From a bacterium (GTDB taxonomy: Bacteria > Patescibacteriota > Minisyncoccia > Minisyncoccales > CG1-02-41-26), in assembly GCA_043802745.1 (NCBI GenBank), contig JAZDKU010000015.1, positions 1,358 through 65,357 of the forward strand: DNA of 64,000 nucleotides. The letters are read 5' to 3'. Of this stretch, positions 20,289 to 29,569 are shown piece by piece. The translations under genes were made by a program, and so were the position numbers. Positions within the stretch are counted from its first letter, which is position 1, and every line of letters starts with the position of its first letter. The notes below the pieces were generated by a model. That model was given only the letters and a program-made list of their open reading frames with translations. It had not been told where the DNA came from and did no database searches.

Positions 20289-20364
20289 TTAAAAAAAGAT
20301 TACTCCAAATATTAGAAAAATACAAGTTTTGGGAAAAATAAAGAAAGTATGATACATTAAATTT

Positions 20365-21252
20365 ATGGAGAGGTTTTTGAATAATTTTCCAATAGGACAG
20401 ATCGATATAAAAAATTCTTATTTTCCCAAGGCGTTGAGAAATTTAGCGGGAATGCCAGAGGTTTTATATTACAGGGGCAATATCAAAATTTTAAATGAAA
20501 AATGCTTTGCCATTGTGGGCACGAGAAAGCCAACAGATTATGGCAAATCAGTTGCTTTATCTTTTAGCAATGGGCTTGCTGAATCTGGACTAACAATTGT
20601 TTCTGGCCTGGCCTTGGGCATTGATAGCTTAGCTCACCAGTGCGCTATTGATAAAAATGCTTTAACCATAGCGGTTTTGGGCTCTGGTCTAGACGAGCCA
20701 TGCTTTTACCCTGCAGAAAACTTAAAATTAGCCAAACAAATTTTAGAAAAAAATGGCTGTTTAGTTTCAGAATATCCATCTGGCACAAAAGGCGCTCTCT
20801 ATACTTTCCCGCAAAGAAACCGTATAATAGCAGGGTTGTCACTTGGAGCCTTAGTGGTGGAAGCAAAAATAAAATCTGGTGCTTTGATTACAGCCAGCTA
20901 TGCCAAGCAATATAAAAAACCTGTTTTTGCCATACCAAATAGCATTTACACCCAAACTTCCAAGGGCTGTAATTTTTTAATAAAAAACGGAGCCAAGCTG
21001 GTTGAATCGCCAAATGAAATCCTAGAAGTCCTTGGTTTAAAACAAAAAATAGAAACACAAGACCTTTTTGGCACAAGCCAAGAAAAAATAATAGCTGAAG
21101 TTCTAAAAAACGGCCCCTTACACATTGACACTATAATTGAAAAAACAAAAATGCCATCTCAGGCAATATCTGGAATTATCTGTATAATGGAATTAGAAAA
21201 TAAAATTAAAAACCTAGGCGCAAACACATATGCAATCATTAATAATAGTTGA
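20365..21252 (+). CDS. dprA: DNA processing protein DprA (Smf)
   Basis: AIVGTRKPTDYGKSVALSFSNGLAESGLTIVSGLALGIDSLAHQ Rossmann-like DprA core. Confidence 0.9.
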   Translation: MERFLNNFPIGQIDIKNSYFPKALRNLAGMPEVLYYRGNIKILNEKCFAIVGTRKPTDYGKSVALSFSNGLAESGLTIVSGLALGIDSLAHQCAIDKNALTIAVLGSGLDEPCFYPAENLKLAKQILEKNGCLVSEYPSGTKGALYTFPQRNRIIAGLSLGALVVEAKIKSGALITASYAKQYKKPVFAIPNSIYTQTSKGCNFLIKNGAKLVESPNEILEVLGLKQKIETQDLFGTSQEKIIAEVLKNGPLHIDTIIEKTKMPSQAISGIICIMELENKIKNLGANTYAIINNS

Positions 21253-23380
21253 AAGCCCGACAAAGGCGAAAACCCTGCAAGGGTTTCTTGACAAAAATTA
21301 CAATGTTATCTCTTCTTTTGGTCATGTGAGAGATTTGCCAAAAAGTGTTTTGGGTGTGGATGTTGAAAAAAACTTTGAAGTGAAGTATATCGTGCCAATT
21401 AAAGCCAAACCAAAGGTGAAGATCTTAAAAGAAGAGGCTAAAAAATCTGATGAAATTATACTAGCAACCGACGAAGACCGCGAAGGAGAAGCAATTGCCT
21501 GGCACTTATCTGAAGTTTTAAAGCTAGAAAACCCAAAAAGAATTGCTTTTCACGAAATAACAAAAACAGCTATTGAAGAAGCGTTAAAAAACCCGCGAAA
21601 AATAGATATGAATTTAGTAAACGCCCAGCAATCAAGAAGAGTTTTGGACAGATTGGTTGGCTACAAGCTTTCTCCTTTTTTATGGAAAAAAATAATGCGA
21701 GGGTTGTCAGCGGGCCGAGTGCAGTCAGTGGCTATGCGCTTAATTTGCGCAAGAGAAGACGAAATCAAAAAATTTATCCCCCAAGAGTACTGGTCCATTG
21801 AGGCATTGCTTGACCGCTTCCGCCCCACCCCTCGGCCCCAAGCCGAGGAGTGGGGCGGTTTCCGAGCAAATTTGATTGGCGTTGAAATAAAAAACAAAGC
21901 TCAAGCTGATAAAATTTTGCAGGAATTAGATGGGGCGCAATACATTGTTGAAAGCATTGAGAAAAAAGAAACAATCAGAAACCCCCAAGCCCCCTTCACC
22001 ACCAGCACTCTCCAACAAACATCTTCAAGCAAGCTAGGCTATGGAGCAAAAAGAACCATGATGATTGCCCAAAAGCTTTATGAAAAAGGTCATATTACCT
22101 ATCATCGTACCGATTCCTTAAACCTAAATATGCAAAGCCAAGAAATAGCCAAGCAGTTTATAATTAACTCTTTTGGTGAAAAATATTGGCCAGGAGATTA
22201 TAGAAAGTTTAAAACAAAATCAAAATCAGCCCAAGAAGCCCATGAGGCCATCCGGCCAACTCATCCTGAAAACGATCCTGATAGCTTTAAAAAATCAGCT
22301 AAGCCAACCCCAGACGAATCAAAGCTTTACACTTTAATTTGGCAAAGATTTATAGCTAGTCAAATGAGCCAGGCTATTTTTGACACTTGCTCAATTGACA
22401 TAAAAGCCCATTCGGCAAGCTCAGGGCAGGCCCCTTCGAATTCCTCAGGACAGGCTTATACATTTAGGGCTAATGGCCAAACCTTAAAATTTGATGGGTT
22501 TTTGAAAGTTTATCCTGTTAAGTTTGAAGAAACAGATTTGCCCAACTTGGATAAGGGCGAAGTTCTTGAGTTAAAAGACTTACTCTCAAATCAACATTTT
22601 ACCCAACCCCCGGCCAGATATTCAGAAGCAACATTAATAAAAGTTTTAGAAAAAGAAGGCATTGGCCGACCATCAACATATGCCCCAACGCTAAGCACAA
22701 TTCAACAGAGAAACTACACCGAGAAAGACGAAAACAAAAAGCTAAAACCAACCCAAATTGGCATAATGGTTGACACGATGCTTTTAGCGAACTTTCCCCA
22801 GATTGTAGATATTCAATTTACTGCTAAAATGGAGAAAGAGTTCGATGAGGTAGCTAATGGAAAAGACACTTTTCAACAAACCTTAAAAGATTTTTATATG
22901 CCATTTGAAAAAATTTTAAAAGACAAAGAAAAAACCGTGGAAAAATTAGATCTCACAGAAAAAACCGATAAAATATGCCCAGAATGTAAAAACCCAATGG
23001 TGCTACGGATGGGCAGGTTTGGAAAGTTTTATGCGTGCAGTAAGTTTCCAGAGTGTAAACATACAGAGCCAATAAAAAAACCAACTCTTGGAATTGAGTG
23101 CCCAAAATGCGGTCTAGGTCAAATAACTGAAAAAACAACAAAAACCAAAAAAATATTTTACGGTTGCTCAAATTGGCCCAAGTGCGACTTTGCTTTATGG
23201 GATAAACCAGTTAATCAATTCTGCCCGGATTGCAAGTCTATAATGATAGAAACAAAACCTGCCCGCAATGCTTCCAGCATAGCTGATGCAGGCGGGAGTA
23301 AAGTAATAAAATGCCCAAGTAAAACCTGCCCATCAATTATCAATGCAAAAGAAAATAAAAAACTTAAAAAGGAAACTTAA
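21230..23380 (+). CDS. topA: DNA topoisomerase I
   Basis: MQSLIIVESPTKAKT..., TOPRIM, active-site Tyr region, C-terminal zinc ribbons (CPECKNPM.., CPKCG.., CPDCK..). Confidence 0.95.
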   Translation: MQSLIIVESPTKAKTLQGFLDKNYNVISSFGHVRDLPKSVLGVDVEKNFEVKYIVPIKAKPKVKILKEEAKKSDEIILATDEDREGEAIAWHLSEVLKLENPKRIAFHEITKTAIEEALKNPRKIDMNLVNAQQSRRVLDRLVGYKLSPFLWKKIMRGLSAGRVQSVAMRLICAREDEIKKFIPQEYWSIEALLDRFRPTPRPQAEEWGGFRANLIGVEIKNKAQADKILQELDGAQYIVESIEKKETIRNPQAPFTTSTLQQTSSSKLGYGAKRTMMIAQKLYEKGHITYHRTDSLNLNMQSQEIAKQFIINSFGEKYWPGDYRKFKTKSKSAQEAHEAIRPTHPENDPDSFKKSAKPTPDESKLYTLIWQRFIASQMSQAIFDTCSIDIKAHSASSGQAPSNSSGQAYTFRANGQTLKFDGFLKVYPVKFEETDLPNLDKGEVLELKDLLSNQHFTQPPARYSEATLIKVLEKEGIGRPSTYAPTLSTIQQRNYTEKDENKKLKPTQIGIMVDTMLLANFPQIVDIQFTAKMEKEFDEVANGKDTFQQTLKDFYMPFEKILKDKEKTVEKLDLTEKTDKICPECKNPMVLRMGRFGKFYACSKFPECKHTEPIKKPTLGIECPKCGLGQITEKTTKTKKIFYGCSNWPKCDFALWDKPVNQFCPDCKSIMIETKPARNASSIADAGGSKVIKCPSKTCPSIINAKENKKLKKET
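21820..21858. repeat. GC-rich near-palindromic element inserted in-frame in topA (encodes RPTPRPQAEEWGG)
   Basis: ccgccccacccctcggccccaagccgaggagtggggcgg; 35 nt identical to copy in metG (29873-29911). Confidence 0.85.
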
Positions 23381-25115
23381 CTCCCCGGAGTTATTTGAAG
23401 AAATAATTCAGCTTGCAAAAGAAGAAATTTTTAGGCCTATTTTAAGCGATGAAAAAATCGCTAAAAACAAGGCTTTTTTGTTTAACCATGCCATAAAAAC
23501 CGGGGAAATACTAAGCGAAATAAACTCATCAAAAGAAACTATTTTAGCTGGAATACTTTACCAGCTCAAAGATTTAGTTTTTCCAAAATCAATCACCCAA
23601 GAAAGCCAACAAAACGAAATCTTTGACATTATAACTTTAACAAAAAAGCTTAGAGATTCTTTTGGTTTTTTCAAAGAGCCAAAAATGAAATCTATTAAAG
23701 ACTGGCAAAAAGTTCTTTTTGATGAGCAATCAGAAAATTTAAGAAAGTCATTTTTTGCTTTAGCTAAAGACCTCCAACCCATCTTGGTTTTAATAGCCGA
23801 CTCTTTGGACGAAATAGAGAGTATGGCAAGATATTACAACAAAAACCAACAAAAAAACCAGGCCATCATTGCTTTGGAAATTATGGCGCCTTTATGCTAT
23901 GCCCTTGGTATGGAAAACTTGAAAGTAAGGTTTGAAGATGCTGCCTTTCCCATTCTCTATCCCAAAGAATACGGGTGGTTAATCAAAAACTTCACCGACG
24001 ACAGAACAGAAATAAGGGCCTACACTGAAAAGATAAAACCAAAAGTTAAAAAAATTCTTCAAGATAAAGGCCTAACAAAAGTTGAAATCTTTTCCCGAGC
24101 AAAGGGCTTATTTTCGCTTTATCAAAAACTCTTAAGACACGACATGGATTTTAGCCAAATTTACGACGTAGTGGCTGTTCGGGTTTTAGTTGAAACAGCG
24201 GACGATTGTTATAAAGCCTTGGGTTTTTTGCACCAAATTTTTCAGCCCCTACCAAACAGAACAAAAGACTATATTGGCAATCCAAAAAACAATGGCTATC
24301 GGGCAATCCACACCACTGTTACTGGCCCAGAAAATAAAACATTTGAAATCCAAATAAAAACAATGCAAATGCACCAAGAAGCTGAGTTTGGTATTGCTGC
24401 TCACTTGGGATATAAGGGAAAGATAAACTCAAAAGCTTATAAACAATTTTTTTGGCTTGATAAAATTCGCCAATGGAAGGCTGAAGCAACAACAATGGAT
24501 GGTCTTTCAAAAGATATTAAAAAGGGGTTGTTTAAAGATTTAATTTTTGTTTCAACGCCAAAAGGCGACCTTATCAACCTGCCAAAAGACGCAACCCCGG
24601 TTGACTTTGCCTATGCTGTTCATTCAGATATCGGCGACCATTGCGAAGGCGCCTTGGTTAATCAAAAAATGGTACCCTTAAATTATAAACTGCAAAACAA
24701 TGACCATATAGAAATTTTGACTAGCAAGAACCACTCTCCTTCAGAAAAATGGCTAAGTTTTGTTAAGACACAAAAAGCTAAAAGCAAAATCAGCAAATTT
24801 TTAGAGCAGTCATTGGGCCAACCCGCTCAATCAATGGCTAAGGCAACTGTTTCAGCTATTACAGAAAAGGTTAGCCTTATTAAAAAAATTATTCCTAGCC
24901 GCTTTATCAAGACACCAAAAATTTTAATTGGCGGAGAACAAGGGATTGCCTTTAAGCTAACTATGTGTTGCCACCCCAAACTAGGTGATAAAATTTCAGC
25001 TTTCATAACCCAGGGAGGAGGCGCTTCTGTTCATAAAGAAACCTGCTTTAACTTAATCGAATTAAAACAAAAATGGCCCGAACGAATCGTGCCAGCTTCT
25101 TGGGTTAGTTCTTGA
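23343..25115 (+). CDS. RelA/SpoT-family (p)ppGpp synthetase with TGS domain
   Basis: Synthetase motif YRAIHTTVTGPENKTFEIQIKTMQMH..AEFGIAAH; TGS segment IFVSTPKGDLINLPKDATPVDFAYAVHSDIG. Confidence 0.85.
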   Translation: MQKKIKNLKRKLNSPELFEEIIQLAKEEIFRPILSDEKIAKNKAFLFNHAIKTGEILSEINSSKETILAGILYQLKDLVFPKSITQESQQNEIFDIITLTKKLRDSFGFFKEPKMKSIKDWQKVLFDEQSENLRKSFFALAKDLQPILVLIADSLDEIESMARYYNKNQQKNQAIIALEIMAPLCYALGMENLKVRFEDAAFPILYPKEYGWLIKNFTDDRTEIRAYTEKIKPKVKKILQDKGLTKVEIFSRAKGLFSLYQKLLRHDMDFSQIYDVVAVRVLVETADDCYKALGFLHQIFQPLPNRTKDYIGNPKNNGYRAIHTTVTGPENKTFEIQIKTMQMHQEAEFGIAAHLGYKGKINSKAYKQFFWLDKIRQWKAEATTMDGLSKDIKKGLFKDLIFVSTPKGDLINLPKDATPVDFAYAVHSDIGDHCEGALVNQKMVPLNYKLQNNDHIEILTSKNHSPSEKWLSFVKTQKAKSKISKFLEQSLGQPAQSMAKATVSAITEKVSLIKKIIPSRFIKTPKILIGGEQGIAFKLTMCCHPKLGDKISAFITQGGGASVHKETCFNLIELKQKWPERIVPASWVSS

Positions 25116-25152
25116 AATTACCCCCAAAATCTGCAATACTAAAAAACAACAA

Positions 25153-25238
25153 GCCGAGGTGATGGAACTGGCTAGACATGTAGGTCTCAAAAACCTATGG
25201 CCGAAAGGCCGTGAGGGTTCGACTCCCTCTCTCGGCAC
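25153..25238 (+). tRNA. tRNA-Leu (anticodon CAA), type II
   Basis: Acceptor GCCGAGG/TCTCGGC, D-stem ATG/CAT, anticodon stem TAGGT/ACCTA loop CTCAAAA, variable arm GGCCGAAAGGCC, T-arm GAGGG TTCGACT CCCTC. Confidence 0.85.
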
Positions 25239-25255
25239 ATAAACAAAATAAAAAA

Positions 25256-25302
25256 GGGCAGACCTCCAAAAAACTTGAGCTCAGTTCTGGGGAGGTCTGC
25301 CC
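25256..25302. terminator. bidirectional terminator (gggcagacctcc ... ggaggtctgccc) between tRNA-Leu and convergent nucleotidyltransferase gene
   Basis: 12-bp perfect stem, A-run 5' and T-run 3'. Confidence 0.75.
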
Positions 25303-26055
25303 TTATTTATTTTGTTCGTTGAGGAAGTTTTCTACTTTGGCGATGTCGTCAGGGTTGCCAAAGTCTAGCCAATAATCCTCGAGCATTTTTACTTTTACTT
25401 TGCCCTCTTTTGCCAACAAAGTAACCGCGTCAGTTAACTCGTATTCTCCTCTTGGAGATAAACAAACTTGAGAAAGTTTTTCAAAAACTTCGGGCGTAAA
25501 CTTATAAATCCCCTTGTTAACCAAATTGCCAACATATTCTTTTGGCTTTTCTATAATCTCTTTTAAGTGGCCCTTGTCATCGATTATTAAAACCCCATAT
25601 TTTTCTGGATTTTCAGCCACAGAAGCGCCAATATAATTATAGACATCATCAATAGCCATTGATTTTAAATCGCGCACAGAAAATAAATTATCCCCATAAA
25701 TGGAAATAAAGCTTTCATTACCAACGAAATCTTTAATGCATTTCATTGGGCATAAAGTGCCATATTCTTTTTCTTTTGGGCCCAAAATCTTAAATTGATC
25801 AACCAGCTGGATTTTAATATCATTTTTATTATTACTAGAGCAATGCTCCAAATATTCCTTAGCAAACCTTTCCATTAATTCAGCAAAAAAGCCAACTACT
25901 AAGATAAAATCTTTGTAGCCAGCTTCAATTAAATTATCGAGCAAATAAGCCAAAAATGGCCTTTGCTTTACACAGATTAAGGACTTGGGCTTATCTTTGC
26001 AAAGCTCTTTCATCCTTGTGCCCTGGCCGGCTGCTGCAATAACAACTTTCATCAT
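25303..26055 (-). CDS. sugar-phosphate nucleotidyltransferase (NTP_transferase family)
   Basis: N-terminal AAGQGTRM (GxGTRx) motif. Confidence 0.75.
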   Translation of the reverse strand: MMKVVIAAAGQGTRMKELCKDKPKSLICVKQRPFLAYLLDNLIEAGYKDFILVVGFFAELMERFAKEYLEHCSSNNKNDIKIQLVDQFKILGPKEKEYGTLCPMKCIKDFVGNESFISIYGDNLFSVRDLKSMAIDDVYNYIGASVAENPEKYGVLIIDDKGHLKEIIEKPKEYVGNLVNKGIYKFTPEVFEKLSQVCLSPRGEYELTDAVTLLAKEGKVKVKMLEDYWLDFGNPDDIAKVENFLNEQNK

Positions 26056-26076
26056 ATGTTAGAACCCCTTAACGAG

Positions 26077-26106
26077 CCTGTATAATTTTTAATAAAATTA
26101 TACAGG
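26077..26106. promoter_or_regulatory. perfect 12-bp-arm palindrome containing TATAAT in both orientations, 22 nt upstream of nucleotidyltransferase start
   Basis: cctgtataattt-ttaata-aaattatacagg. Confidence 0.4.
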
Positions 26107-26237
26107 AGAGTTTAGGGGGTATTACACCCTGTGAAGTAAAATTTGAGTACAAATTTTAATTTTAAATTTATTAAAATTTAAAATTACTTCACGGGGTAGT
26201 GATTTTACTACTAAATTTTTGATTAGGCCTCAAAAAT

Positions 26238-28730
26238 TTATTGAAAATCTACTACGAAATTTATTAGTTTATTTTGCACGAAAACAACCTTTTTAATTGT
26301 TTGGCCTTTCAGCCATTTATTTATCTTTTCATCCTGTTTGGCAATTTCTAAAGCTTGCCCTTGACTTGCTTCTGCTTCAACTTCCACAACTCCTCTGGCT
26401 TTGCCATTGATTTGCACCACTATCTTCACCCTATCTTCAAAAAGCCACTCTTCTTCTGGTTTTGACCATTGTTCTAAAAATATACTATCATTATTTCCTA
26501 ACCGATGCCACAATTCCTCTGCTATATGGGGGGCAAACGGCGAAACAATAATCAAAAATCTTTCTAAATCTTTTTTAGACAGAAAACCTTCCTGCAAATC
26601 TTTTTGAGTCCACCATAATCCGATAAAACCCATCAAACAACTAATTGCCGTATTAAACTTCATTTGCTCAATGTCCTCTGAAACTTTTTTAATTCTCAAT
26701 TCAAGCGATACCTTCAGCTCTCTAAATTTTATTTCTTTGGGAAATTCTTTTGAAAGAGAGTCGTTAACCAACAACCATATTCTTTCTAAAAATTTTCGCG
26801 CACCAATTATAGCTTCTGTATTCCATGCGATTGCTTGGTCAAAGGGCCCCATAAACATTTCGTAAATTCTTAAAGTATCAGCTCCATATTCTTTCACAAT
26901 ATCATCAGGATTTATCACGTTGCCCTTACTCTTGCTCATTTTCACCCCCCCCTCCGCCAAAATTAACCCCACATTACGCAATTTTAAAAACGGCTCATCA
27001 AAACTAATTAAACCCTTTCTAAAAAGAGCTTTAGTAAAAAACCGAGCATATAAAAGATGCAAAACCGCATGCTCTGCTCCCCCCACATATAAATCTACTG
27101 GTAGCCAATATTTAATTTTTTCTAAGCCAGCAAACTCATTTTTATTTTGATAATCAAGATAACGAAAAAAATACCAAGACGAGCAAACAAAAGTGTCCAT
27201 TGTATCAGATTCTCGCTTTGCTTGTCCGCCGCATTGCGGGCATTTAACATTATGAAAATCCTTAGACTTTGTTAGGGGCGACTCGCCTGTTGGCACAAAA
27301 TCAACATCTGTTGGTAATAACACTGGCAAATCTTTTTCTAACACAGCTTGCTCCCCGCATTTGTCGCAATAAATAATAGGAATAGGGGCGCCCCAATATC
27401 TTTGCCTAGAAACCAGCCAATCCCGCATCCTATAATTTACTTTTTTCTCAGCTATTTTTTTACTAGCCAGCCACTGCCCAATACTTTCTATAGCTTCATT
27501 CGAGGCAATCCCATTAAATTGTTCTGAATTTGTTAAAATGCCTTCTTCTTCCCAACACTCTGCCTCTAATCTAACGCAATCCTTCTTACCCATAGCAAAA
27601 TCAACAGCATTAACTAAAGTAGCGCTCAACTCTGGTGGCAGAATAACCTTTGGACAGGGCAACCCATACTTTTTTGCAAACTCAAAGTCACGAGCGTCGT
27701 GAGCTGGCACAGCCATAATAGCGCCAGTGCCATAGCCAGACAAAACATAGTCAGCCACAAAAATCGGAATTTCTTTTCCATTGGCTGGGTTTATGGCCAT
27801 AATACCTTCTAGTTTTACACCTGTCTTATCCCTAACATCTGCCTGCCTATCTCTCTCGCTTTTTTTCTTTGCTACTTCAACATACTCTTTCACCTCCTTT
27901 AGATTTAAGATTTTAGATTTAAGATTTAAGATTATTTCATGTTCTGGAGCCACCACTAAATAAGTGCACCCGAATATAGTATCAATTCTTGTTGTGAACA
28001 CATTTATTTCAAATCTTGAATCATGAATCTTGAATCTTATTTCATGCCCAGTGCTTTTTCCAATCCAATTTTTTTGCATTATTTTAATTGGTTCTGGCCA
28101 ATCAATTTTGTCCAAGCCAGCCAAAAGCTCTTCGTTAAAATCCGTAATTTTAAAAAACCACTGCTCTAAATCTTTTTGGCTAACCTCGCTACTGCACCTT
28201 TCACACTTGCCATCTTGGGCTTGCTCATTAGCTAAAACTGTTTGGCAAGAATCGCACCAATTAACAGAGGCTTTGGCTTTATACGCCCAACCATTTTTAT
28301 AAAGAAAAAGAAAAAACCATTGTGTCCATTTGTAATATTCGGGACTTGAAGTGTCTATTTCTCTTTCCCAATCATAAGAAAATCCTAATGACTTAATTTG
28401 TTCTTTAAAATAAGCTATATTTTTGTGCGTGCTTTCGTTTGGGTGGACTTTAGTTTTAATAGCATAGTTTTCTGCTGGCAAGCCAAAAGCATCCCAACCA
28501 ATTGGATGGAGCACATTAAAACCGCTCATCCGCTTATATCGAGAAATAATATCAGTGGCTGTATATCCCTTTGGGTGGCCCACATGCAAACCAGCCCCGG
28601 AAGGATAGGGAAACATATCCAAACAATAAAACTTAGCTTTGTTGCCAAAATCCTCAGCCTTATTTAACCCTTGCTCTTCCCAAAACTTTTGCCATTTGGA
28701 TTCAATTTTATCTGGCTCGTAATTATTCAT
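26238..28730 (-). CDS. leuS: leucyl-tRNA synthetase
   Basis: HVGHPKGY (HIGH), KMSKSKGN, CP1 editing domain. Confidence 0.95.
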   Translation of the reverse strand: MNNYEPDKIESKWQKFWEEQGLNKAEDFGNKAKFYCLDMFPYPSGAGLHVGHPKGYTATDIISRYKRMSGFNVLHPIGWDAFGLPAENYAIKTKVHPNESTHKNIAYFKEQIKSLGFSYDWEREIDTSSPEYYKWTQWFFLFLYKNGWAYKAKASVNWCDSCQTVLANEQAQDGKCERCSSEVSQKDLEQWFFKITDFNEELLAGLDKIDWPEPIKIMQKNWIGKSTGHEIRFKIHDSRFEINVFTTRIDTIFGCTYLVVAPEHEIILNLKSKILNLKEVKEYVEVAKKKSERDRQADVRDKTGVKLEGIMAINPANGKEIPIFVADYVLSGYGTGAIMAVPAHDARDFEFAKKYGLPCPKVILPPELSATLVNAVDFAMGKKDCVRLEAECWEEEGILTNSEQFNGIASNEAIESIGQWLASKKIAEKKVNYRMRDWLVSRQRYWGAPIPIIYCDKCGEQAVLEKDLPVLLPTDVDFVPTGESPLTKSKDFHNVKCPQCGGQAKRESDTMDTFVCSSWYFFRYLDYQNKNEFAGLEKIKYWLPVDLYVGGAEHAVLHLLYARFFTKALFRKGLISFDEPFLKLRNVGLILAEGGVKMSKSKGNVINPDDIVKEYGADTLRIYEMFMGPFDQAIAWNTEAIIGARKFLERIWLLVNDSLSKEFPKEIKFRELKVSLELRIKKVSEDIEQMKFNTAISCLMGFIGLWWTQKDLQEGFLSKKDLERFLIIVSPFAPHIAEELWHRLGNNDSIFLEQWSKPEEEWLFEDRVKIVVQINGKARGVVEVEAEASQGQALEIAKQDEKINKWLKGQTIKKVVFVQNKLINFVVDFQ
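27901..27935. repeat. in-frame (AGATTTA)x5 heptamer array in leuS ending ...atttcatg
   Basis: Encodes HEIILNLKSKILNLKE. Confidence 0.8.
28012..28039. repeat. in-frame (AATCTTG)x4 heptamer array in leuS ending ...atttcatg
   Basis: Encodes HEIRFKIHDSRFEI; paralogous to the array at 27901. Confidence 0.8.
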
Positions 28731-29568
28731 AGTTCAATTTAAACAAATTTTTAGCGTTTTGGGTAGTGGTTTGAGCAATTTTCTCCAAACTTTCGCCTCT
28801 TATTTCGGCAATTTTTTGAGCAATGTATTTTACAAAAATCGGTTCATCGCGATCTTGCTGGCCGCCTTCGCCTTGCGGGCTAAGGCGTGCAGAAGGCGGG
28901 CAAAGAAACGGGCAATCTGTTTCCAAAAGCATTCTTTCCAGAGGCATTTTTTTAATTGTTTCTGCTAAATCCATTTTGAAAATAATTCCATTAAAGCCTA
29001 AATAAAAGCCGAGCCCCATATACTGTTGTGCCTCCTCCCAGCTCCCTGTAAAACAATGCACTACACCCCTCCCCCCTCCTAATTCATAATTCTTAATTCT
29101 TAATTCTTCTAGCAGGTCTTGATGGGCTTTTCGGCAATGTAGGATTACAGGCAAATTTAATTCTTTTGCCAAATCTAATTGTTTTAAAAAAACTTGTTTT
29201 TGCTTGTCTTTAAAAATTCTGGCCTTTTCTTTTCCTTTTGGCTCGTTCCAATAATCCAAACCAATTTCTCCTATAGCCACCACTCCCTTTTCTTTGGCTA
29301 ACTCTCTGTATTTTTCAATATCTAATTCTTCTAGTCTATCCTCGTCTAATTGACTTAAGTCAATAACGCAATTGATTGGATGCAAGCCAACAGAAGCAAA
29401 AACACCCTCTTTATGTTGTTGGGCTATTTTCACGGCTAATTGCGAGGTTTTATAGTTTGAGGAAGCGTTTATTATCCAAGTATCTTGCTCTAGGCTTTTT
29501 TTTATAACCTCATCCCTGTCCTCGTCAAACGCCTTAAAATTCAAATGGCTGTGGGTATCAATTAGCAT
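28723..29568 (-). CDS. tatD: TatD-family metal-dependent hydrolase/DNase
   Basis: MLIDTHSHLNF..., conserved His/Glu/Asp metal ligands. Confidence 0.85.
   Translation of the reverse strand: MLIDTHSHLNFKAFDEDRDEVIKKSLEQDTWIINASSNYKTSQLAVKIAQQHKEGVFASVGLHPINCVIDLSQLDEDRLEELDIEKYRELAKEKGVVAIGEIGLDYWNEPKGKEKARIFKDKQKQVFLKQLDLAKELNLPVILHCRKAHQDLLEELRIKNYELGGGRGVVHCFTGSWEEAQQYMGLGFYLGFNGIIFKMDLAETIKKMPLERMLLETDCPFLCPPSARLSPQGEGGQQDRDEPIFVKYIAQKIAEIRGESLEKIAQTTTQNAKNLFKLNYE
29078..29108. repeat. 31-nt element cctaattcataattcttaattcttaattctt in-frame in tatD (encodes ELRIKNYELG); identical copy in ileS at 43119-43149
   Basis: Exact identity seen in sequence. Confidence 0.85.
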
Positions 29569-29569
29569 A

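Noticed and set aside
23343-23380. Later start for relA/spoT to avoid 38-nt overlap with topA
   Set aside because: No in-frame ATG/GTG/TTG with RBS downstream until far into the conserved domain; overlap retained
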